Shown here one piece after another: positions 16,753 through 22,834 of a stretch of DNA of 24,000 bases (the stretch's first letter is position 1; every line of letters starts with the position of its first letter). The notes under the pieces are model-generated. The model did not search any database, was not told the origin of the DNA, and saw only the letters and a list, made by a program, of their open reading frames with translations. Position numbers and translations under genes: made by a program. The DNA lies in contig JAWBJZ010000003.1 of NCBI GenBank assembly GCA_038832005.1, positions 9,560-33,559 on the forward strand, read 5' to 3'. The DNA is from Candidatus Caldarchaeum sp. GTDB taxonomy: Archaea > Thermoproteota > Nitrososphaeria_A > Caldarchaeales > Caldarchaeaceae.

Positions 16753-17762
16753 AAACCAGTCAAGCATGTGCCGACGCTGTTTGGAACAGCCAAAACAGTC
16801 GCTTCCTTTGACTTCACACGCCAGCCATAGGTCAGGGCTTGGTCGAGAGTGTCCATCTGACGGGCGTTGAGAAGCTTTGTCACTACTGTGGAAGGCAGCG
16901 CTGTGACGAGGCATAGCTTATGCTTGTCAGCAATTTTCCTCCAAGTGGCCAAACGCTTTTCGGCAACCTTCATCGTGTCGTTTTGAGGGCTGCCGCCGGC
17001 CAGCAGGGCGACGAACTCGTCTCCCCCAAGCCCTTCCGAGCACTCAATAATGAGAACGACAACTTTTCCAGGCTCAACGTTCGCCACCGCCGAAGCGATG
17101 TCGATGCATGAGGAGAGCCTGCTGTCAACAGGATAGCCTGGCCCTCCTATCAAAAGGATTTCGGCGGCTTTAGACGACGTGTAGCGGGACAGCCTTTCCA
17201 CCATCTCGGAAGACTTGGCATAAACCTCTTCAACCTCTCCAACCAGCACGTCTGAAACAACTCCACCGCATCCCACGACAGGTGAGACAACAAGCCCGAG
17301 CGTGCTGTCTCTCAAGAAATAGGGGATGCCGGCGGGCTCACAATCCCAGTAAACCGACGGCGTTATCGCCAATCCCTCGGCGAGGTCGACGTCAGTCAGC
17401 TTCTGGATATGCTCGACTTTTGCTAGACCAAGGTCTTTTAACAGACTCTTTACATGGTTGAAGAGAGATTTCTCAACCTGCGGTTCGTTGTAGCGCCAGC
17501 AGGTAACCATGACGTCCAGTTCGCCGGTGTCCACACCTTCCTGTAATGCCTCAACTGTGGAGGTGATTACCTGCTCAAACCCCTCAACAGAGTGGAGATA
17601 GTCTATGACAAGGGTCTTGGCTCGCTCGGAGACTCGGCTTGAGACCTGCTGTTTGAGCTGTTCCGTCGCAGACCATGTTTGAGGAGAGCTTAGGATTTCC
17701 AGCGAATCCTCGACATCTGTGAATATCTCTGTCCTGCCATACTTGAACCAGAGCTCAACCAT
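16749..17762 (-). CDS. hypothetical protein, weakly LarA-N-terminal/DUF2088-like
   Basis: 337 aa. The start (VELWFKYGRTEIFTDVED) and the TLVIDYLH...VMVTCW segment recall the LarA N-domain layout. I cannot see the LarA catalytic His/Cys motifs. The reading frame is long and clean. Confidence 0.55.
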   Translation of the reverse strand: MVELWFKYGRTEIFTDVEDSLEILSSPQTWSATEQLKQQVSSRVSERAKTLVIDYLHSVEGFEQVITSTVEALQEGVDTGELDVMVTCWRYNEPQVEKSLFNHVKSLLKDLGLAKVEHIQKLTDVDLAEGLAITPSVYWDCEPAGIPYFLRDSTLGLVVSPVVGCGGVVSDVLVGEVEEVYAKSSEMVERLSRYTSSKAAEILLIGGPGYPVDSRLSSCIDIASAVANVEPGKVVVLIIECSEGLGGDEFVALLAGGSPQNDTMKVAEKRLATWRKIADKHKLCLVTALPSTVVTKLLNARQMDTLDQALTYGWRVKSKEATVLAVPNSVGTCLTGF

Positions 17763-17788
17763 CGCTGTCCGACATTCTAACGTCGAGG

Positions 17789-17798
17789 ATTAATATAG
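17789..17798. promoter_or_regulatory. shared AT-rich TATA element between divergent genes
   Basis: ATTAATATAG is centred 26 nt from ATG 17820 on the plus strand and 32 nt from ATG 17762 on the minus strand. It is the only AT-rich element in the 57-nt spacer. Confidence 0.5.
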
Positions 17799-17819
17799 CC
17801 ATCGCACTCGTTGGGCGGG

Positions 17820-18446
17820 ATGTCGTCGGAAACCATGCTGGCGTTTTTGAAGAGTAGGCGGAGTTCGAAGATGCTTGGTGTTGGTGAGGTTCCGTTTGAC
17901 GCGGTGCTTAAGGCTGTTGAGGCTGGTGTCTGGGCCGCGAACGCCCACAACGCCCAGCCTTGGAGGTTTGTCATCGTCAGCGAGCCGGAGACGAAGAAGA
18001 GGCTTCTTGAAGAGATGGGTAGGGAGTGGATGGCTGACCTTATGTCAGATGGTATAGAGTTTGCAAAGGCTGAGACGATTGTGGAGACTTCTAACAGTAG
18101 AAGCCGCCGCGCCGCATTCCTTATCGTCGTATGTCTATGCATGCGGGATATGGACAAGTATTGGGACAGCAGAAGAAGCCGTCTCGAATACATTATGGGT
18201 GTTCAGAGCGTTGCTGCGGCCGTGCAAAACATGCTGTTGGCTTTTCATGCTTTAGGCTACGGTGCGTGCTGGCGTTGTTCCCCACTTTTCGCCCAAAATG
18301 CCGTGAGAAAGGTTCTGGGACTGCCTGAAGACGTCGAGCCTCAGGCGATGGTTGAGGTCGGGATCAAGGGCGGTGAGACTGCTGGAGCAAGAAAGCCCTT
18401 GGAAGAGTTTGTTTTTTTAAACAGATGGGGTGAACGGTTACGCTAA
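17820..18446 (+). CDS. nitroreductase-fold protein resembling the FbiB C-terminal (dehydro-F420-0 reductase) domain
   Basis: KSRRSSKML...PFDAVLKAVEAGVWAANAHNAQPWRFVIV...KKRLLEEMGREWMADLMSDGIEFAKAE...GVQSVAAAVQNMLLAFHALGYGACW...VRKVLGLPEDVEPQAMVEVG is a nitroreductase core. The W-x-x-DL-x-x-DG segment matches what I recall from mycobacterial FbiB C-terminal domains. It lies immediately upstream of cofD-cofC. The track start is TTG 17811. ATG 17820 fits the TATA spacing. Confidence 0.75.
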   Translation: MSSETMLAFLKSRRSSKMLGVGEVPFDAVLKAVEAGVWAANAHNAQPWRFVIVSEPETKKRLLEEMGREWMADLMSDGIEFAKAETIVETSNSRSRRAAFLIVVCLCMRDMDKYWDSRRSRLEYIMGVQSVAAAVQNMLLAFHALGYGACWRCSPLFAQNAVRKVLGLPEDVEPQAMVEVGIKGGETAGARKPLEEFVFLNRWGERLR

Positions 18447-18463
18447 CGTGTCTTGCCGGCGGT

Positions 18464-19372
18464 GTGGGAGGTTCGAAGCTGCTCGTCGGTCTCAAGCATG
18501 CGATGAAGCCAGCCGCAGGAGTTGCGGTGGTCAACACGGCGGACGACGAGGAGTTTTTCGGCCTGCATGTCTCGCCTGATGTGGACACCGTGGTCTACAG
18601 CCTCGCCGGCATAGCTGACTATGACAAGGGCTGGGGGGTGGCAGGCGACACGTTCAACGCTTTACAGATGTTGAGCCGTCTCGGCTGCGAAACATGGTTT
18701 AAGCTGGGAGATAAAGACTTGGCCATACATGTTTACAGGACGATGAGGTTGCGGGAAGGTGCTACTCTCACAGAGGTGACTGAGGAAATCGCTTCAAGGC
18801 TGAACGCTGGCTGGAGAGTGCTGCCGATGACTGACGACCCCGTACGGACGCTGGTGGAAACCGAGAGTGGAACGATGAGTTTTCAAACATACTTCGTCAA
18901 ACACAGTTATGGTTTGAAGGTTTTGGGCGTCAGGTTTGAAGGCGCGGAGAACGCTCGTCCGACGGCACAGGTGTTAGAAGCTCTCGAAAACTCAAAAGCG
19001 GTCGTGCTGTGTCCCAGCAACCCGGTTGTCAGCATCAGCCCGATACTCTCGCTGCAAGGCTTCAGAGACAAGCTACGTGTTTTCTCGGGAACGGTGTTGG
19101 CTGTGTCACCCATAGTTGGCGGCAAGACGATCAGAGGACCTGCCGCGGAGATGATGAAAGCTGTCGGCGTGGAACCGTCTTCTCTCGGCGTTGCCGAGAT
19201 GTACAAAGATTTTCTCGACGTTTTGGTGGTGGATGAACAAGACGCTGAGCTTTTGGACGATATCGCAGCTTTAGGCGTCAAGGCTATCTCCTTCAACACG
19301 GTTATGGGGAGCCTTGAGGATAAGGTGAGGCTGGCGAAGTTCTGCCTCCATGTCTTGGGTATGGATGGTTGA
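18464..19372 (+). CDS. cofD: 2-phospho-L-lactate (or enolpyruvyl) transferase CofD/FbiA
   Basis: 302 aa from the first canonical start, GTG 18464. The same frame stays open back to 18434 and encodes TVTLTCLAGGVGGSKLL, the conserved CofD/FbiA N-terminal strand plus glycine motif. The real 5' end is therefore upstream and unresolved (see findings). Confidence 0.85.
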   Translation: MGGSKLLVGLKHAMKPAAGVAVVNTADDEEFFGLHVSPDVDTVVYSLAGIADYDKGWGVAGDTFNALQMLSRLGCETWFKLGDKDLAIHVYRTMRLREGATLTEVTEEIASRLNAGWRVLPMTDDPVRTLVETESGTMSFQTYFVKHSYGLKVLGVRFEGAENARPTAQVLEALENSKAVVLCPSNPVVSISPILSLQGFRDKLRVFSGTVLAVSPIVGGKTIRGPAAEMMKAVGVEPSSLGVAEMYKDFLDVLVVDEQDAELLDDIAALGVKAISFNTVMGSLEDKVRLAKFCLHVLGMDG

Positions 19373-19983
19373 GGCCTGTAGCCATCTTACCGGTGAAAAA
19401 CCTCAAGAGGGCTAAATCAAGGCTCTCCACTGTCATGTCGGGCGAAGGAAGAAAGAAGCTTGTGCTGAGACTGTTCCTTCATGCAGGCTGCGTTTGCCAG
19501 ACGGCGGGATTCCAGGTTTTTTGTCTGACATCCGACAAAACGGTCGCTGAAACATCGCTGAGGATGGGCTGGCGGGTTTTACAAGACAGATTTAACGACC
19601 TGAACAAGGCTTTGACAAGTGTTTTGAAGCGTTTTTCCACCGTTCCGTTGACGATAGTTTTACCTGACCTGCCTCTTCTCAACCGGCAATCGTTGGAAAC
19701 GGTTAGCAGGCTGGGCCGCCGACATGGATGCGTCATCTGTCCAGACCTGAAATTGAGCGGAACAAACGTTCTGTATCTGGGTACGGCGAGTTTTTTCAAG
19801 CCCATGTTCGGCAAACACAGTTTCATCCGGCATCTCAACCAGCTACAAAAAAGTTATCCCGTAAAGGTCCTTGTAACGCTCGCGACAGCAGTGGACATTG
19901 ACTCGCCCGAAGACCTACTTCTTCTTCCTAGGTTTTCTTTTTCTTCGCCGGTTCACTACGAGGAAAGTTGCTACAAGCATTAG
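19369..19983 (+). CDS. cofC: 2-phospho-L-lactate/PEP guanylyltransferase CofC/FbiD
   Basis: 204 aa. VAILPVKNLKRAKSRLS...LPDLPLL...SGTNVLYL...VDIDSPEDL fits the CofC pattern. The TTG start overlaps the cofD TGA as TTGA. Confidence 0.8.
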   Translation: MRPVAILPVKNLKRAKSRLSTVMSGEGRKKLVLRLFLHAGCVCQTAGFQVFCLTSDKTVAETSLRMGWRVLQDRFNDLNKALTSVLKRFSTVPLTIVLPDLPLLNRQSLETVSRLGRRHGCVICPDLKLSGTNVLYLGTASFFKPMFGKHSFIRHLNQLQKSYPVKVLVTLATAVDIDSPEDLLLLPRFSFSSPVHYEESCYKH

Positions 19984-21261
19984 TGGGACAAGGAGAAGAA
20001 GCTCAGCGGCTAGCGAAGTTAAGGCGCCGCCGCCAATCTGCGGAGCCGGGCCCGTCTGCGTGGTGATGACGGGAGACGTGTTTGAAGCTCTGTAATCGAC
20101 CTCGCCTATCTTCTGAGAGGCCTGGTTTCCGGCTGCGTCGGTGGCGTTAACGTACAGCTCTGCTCGCGTGACCCCTCCGCTCGGACGGTAAGTTCCCACG
20201 TAAACTCCTTGGACAGAGTTCATCGGTGTTGAAACAGGACCTAGTGGGAAAACTCCCCCGTACTCGAGAGCTACGAGTAAGACTGACGCCAGGTCTCCCT
20301 CTGGGTCTGAGACTCTAGCCCTGACTTCAGCCGACCCGTCCTCAAGCCTTTTTATCGACCAGTCGAGGATTTTCGGCGAATCTGAATCGAAGGTGTAGCC
20401 GACGCTGTTTGAGGCTGTGTCGAGGAACCATATTCGCCTGTCTGAGCCTGCAGCGACGGAGCTTGGAGAAAACGACGGCATGCTGACCTCACGGTATCCT
20501 GTTTGGTCGACAACTCCCACGACCCTTCGCGAGACGCTGGAGTAAACCAGCTTGTCATCCAGCGCCGTAACAGACGTGACAAAAGTTGCCCGCGGCAGAG
20601 TCGTCTTATAAACTATCGAAGTTCCTGAAACCTTGACCACGGTGTCGTCGGTTAACACCAGCCATGCACCATCCTTAACCGCTAGAATCTTGTTGACCGC
20701 TCCATCAACCACGATGTTTCCCGAATCTTTCCCATGGAATGATACTGTGTTGAGTGTTGGCGAAACCGTCCAGACAACACCTCCGTGGACGGAGACATAG
20801 TCGGGTCCAGAAGCTATTGTGGAGCTTATTGTTTCAACCGGCTGCAGGCCGTCGGCAGACAGCTTGTCGATTTTGCCGGCGCGTGCGTAAGCCACGTAGA
20901 CGTTTTCCAAGTCCGCGGCTATGGTTGTCGCAGTAGTCTCAAGGCTCACGTAAGTGGCTTTCTTGGAGGCGACATCTATCACAGCAAGCCTGTCACCCGG
21001 AGACAGCAACGCAACTGCTTTCCCCTTTGGGAAAACCGTTTTGACCACTGGCGAGTCGACGGGTATCTCCACGTAGGAGCCTGCGTCGGCAAAGTAAAGG
21101 CCTAGAAGGTTTCTGTCAGCGAAGGCTATTGCCAGCAGGTTTCCACCGTCGGAGTCAACTCTTGCAACCGTTCCTTGAAACGGTATGTTTAACAACCTCG
21201 GTGGAGGTAGAGCTGCCAACATCGGAAGAGAAAGAAGCACGACCAAGACCAACCATCTCAT
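19915..21261 (-). CDS. secreted, C-terminally membrane-anchored beta-propeller surface protein (Vgb/streptogramin-lyase-like repeats plus an Ig-like domain)
   Basis: 448 aa. The signal peptide is MRWLVLVVLLSLPMLAAL. Blade-like segments recur (GVVWTVSPTLNTVSF, RRIWFLDTASNSVGYTF). A beta-sandwich-like region follows (SAEVRARVSDPEGD...AELYVNATDAAGN). The C-terminus has a Thr/Pro/Gly linker, one TM helix and the basic tail NRRRKRKPRKKK. Confidence 0.75.
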   Translation of the reverse strand: MRWLVLVVLLSLPMLAALPPPRLLNIPFQGTVARVDSDGGNLLAIAFADRNLLGLYFADAGSYVEIPVDSPVVKTVFPKGKAVALLSPGDRLAVIDVASKKATYVSLETTATTIAADLENVYVAYARAGKIDKLSADGLQPVETISSTIASGPDYVSVHGGVVWTVSPTLNTVSFHGKDSGNIVVDGAVNKILAVKDGAWLVLTDDTVVKVSGTSIVYKTTLPRATFVTSVTALDDKLVYSSVSRRVVGVVDQTGYREVSMPSFSPSSVAAGSDRRIWFLDTASNSVGYTFDSDSPKILDWSIKRLEDGSAEVRARVSDPEGDLASVLLVALEYGGVFPLGPVSTPMNSVQGVYVGTYRPSGGVTRAELYVNATDAAGNQASQKIGEVDYRASNTSPVITTQTGPAPQIGGGALTSLAAELLLLVPLMLVATFLVVNRRRKRKPRKKK

Positions 21262-21296
21262 CAGCTTCCCTTACCCCTCGCCATGCATGTTAAGTG

Positions 21297-21387
21297 TGCG
21301 GCGGGCGGGATTTGAACCCGCGACTCCCAGCGCTCTGCAACCGTCAGCATGGCAGGCTGGTGTCCTACCAGGCTAGACGACCGCCGC
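21297..21387 (-). tRNA. tRNA-Gly (anticodon GCC) with a 17-nt intron at the canonical 37/38 position
   Basis: I folded the reverse complement by hand. The acceptor stem is GCGGCGG/CCGCCGC with discriminator A. The D stem is GTCT/GGAC. The anticodon stem is CCAGC/GCTGG. The loop is CTGCCA^[TGCTGACGGTTGCAGAG]^C. The T arm is GCGGG-TTCAAAT-CCCGC. Exon CTGC pairs with intron GCAG to form a 4-bp helix flanked by two 3-nt bulges, each carrying a splice site (BHB-like). The length is 91 nt. Confidence 0.85.
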
Positions 21388-21410
21388 ACGGTAGTGATGC
21401 TGTGAACCAA

Positions 21411-21419
21411 TTATTTAAA
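21411..21419 (-). promoter_or_regulatory. TATA box for tRNA-Gly
   Basis: The minus strand reads TTTAAATAA, centred about 28 nt upstream of the tRNA 5' end at 21387. It overlaps the stop codon (21415-21417) of the upstream gene. Confidence 0.5.
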
Positions 21420-22773
21420 CGATTTCCTCCAAGTTTCTCCAAAATCCCAATATCCCGTAGCCCGTCATCCATTTTACCCTTATTTTCCGCGATATGCCTG
21501 CTCTGGTCTCTTCCATCACCAGCTCGATGACGCCGTCTACGCAGTCTTCAACGAGGGCTGTTGTGCTGGCGGAGAATGCGTAGGGGTTGAAGGTGAAGAT
21601 AAAACCGGCGTTCAAGCTGCGTGCCTTCTGGCAGAGAGTTCTTAGCAGTTTCATGGCCGTGTCTTGCCCGAATTCCTCGACCAATGTTGTGAAAGAATCT
21701 ATGACGACCCATTTCCTCACACCTTCAACCTTGTTCAGAAGGTTTGTGAAGGCTATGCTTATTTCCTGTGGGTTAAGCTTGAGGCTCTCTTCTCTGCCGC
21801 TGGTATCGATTATCAGCAGTTGCCGGTTATCCCTCAAAGATTGGACGTCTGCGCCGAGCTTGACGAAAATTTCCGCCTGTTTGGCGCTAGGCATGTCTAC
21901 GGATAAAAAAACAACACCTTCACCCATGAGCATACGGGTCAAAGATATCTTGGTCACGATGGTTGTGCGCCCACTGCCTGCAGGGCCGAAAAAAGCTATC
22001 GCCGACGGATAGGGAAGACCAGCCTCAAGCATCTCGTCAACTATGGTGACGCCCGTTTGAATTTTCTGGCCAACGGTAGTGGGGTGAGATATTTTTCTTT
22101 TGAGCAAGAAGGTTAGTAGCATTGCTATAGTGAGTGCCGACAGAGCGAAATAGGAATTAGCCAGCTGGCTGATATACACCTCGGCCTGTACCGTACCTGT
22201 TAAAAATCCCATGATGGATAAAAGATTGACGACAGCCAGGGCTCCGGTAACCACTGACGCGCCATACGCAAACAAGACACGGCCCTCACCCATTTTTACA
22301 GCAACCCGTCCGAGGACACCATACATATAAGCCAAGATGATGTGGTAAGAGAAGACGTACAGGCCTGTTTCAAATAGCTCAATAGTACTTTTTTGACCGC
22401 TGAAAGCGAGAGTTGTCACGGCTGGAATGGAGATCAATATAGCGGGAAACCATTTTAGCAAAGGCGTGTAGACTCGTCCAACAGACCTTAAGAGAGTCAT
22501 CAGCGAATACAATACGAGTAAGCACAACATCGTCAAAAGAAACGCCGAAACTTCCGCAAACTCTTTCAACTCCACCGTCAAAAAATTTAGCGAATATGCG
22601 GATTCCATACCCAAACGAAATATCAAGCCGGATACAACGTAGGCTAGCGGCCAGCGAACAACGTTTAGGCCTGCCTGCTTAAACTTGGTTAGCAGGCGAA
22701 CCATGCCAAAAGTTAGCAAAAGCATCGAAACGTGGAAAACGATGCTTGAAGCTAGATAGAGAAGATGATTCAC
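21415..22773 (-). CDS. seven-TM membrane domain fused to a KaiC/RecA-superfamily ATPase-like domain with a degenerate P-loop
   Basis: 452 aa. The first 235 aa or so contain seven hydrophobic segments. The C-terminal part has the KaiC-like layout: LEAGLPYPSAIAFFGPAGSGRTTIV (Walker A with Arg in place of Lys), EGVVFLSVD and KWVVIDSFTTLVEEF (Walker B-like). The start is GTG. Confidence 0.75.
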   Translation of the reverse strand: MNHLLYLASSIVFHVSMLLLTFGMVRLLTKFKQAGLNVVRWPLAYVVSGLIFRLGMESAYSLNFLTVELKEFAEVSAFLLTMLCLLVLYSLMTLLRSVGRVYTPLLKWFPAILISIPAVTTLAFSGQKSTIELFETGLYVFSYHIILAYMYGVLGRVAVKMGEGRVLFAYGASVVTGALAVVNLLSIMGFLTGTVQAEVYISQLANSYFALSALTIAMLLTFLLKRKISHPTTVGQKIQTGVTIVDEMLEAGLPYPSAIAFFGPAGSGRTTIVTKISLTRMLMGEGVVFLSVDMPSAKQAEIFVKLGADVQSLRDNRQLLIIDTSGREESLKLNPQEISIAFTNLLNKVEGVRKWVVIDSFTTLVEEFGQDTAMKLLRTLCQKARSLNAGFIFTFNPYAFSASTTALVEDCVDGVIELVMEETRAGISRKIRVKWMTGYGILGFWRNLEEIV

Positions 22774-22834
22774 AACCCTTTACACGGCCAGCCAGCCAAT
22801 TAAGCTTTTAATCAGGTTAAACGAGCGCATGGCC

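Noticed and set aside
18420-18446. A programmed -1 frameshift fusing the nitroreductase to CofD.
   Set aside because: The frames are compatible with a -1 shift, but I see no X-XXY-YYZ slippery heptamer and no obvious downstream hairpin at GGGGTGAACGG. It is kept only as a minor alternative under the cofD start finding.
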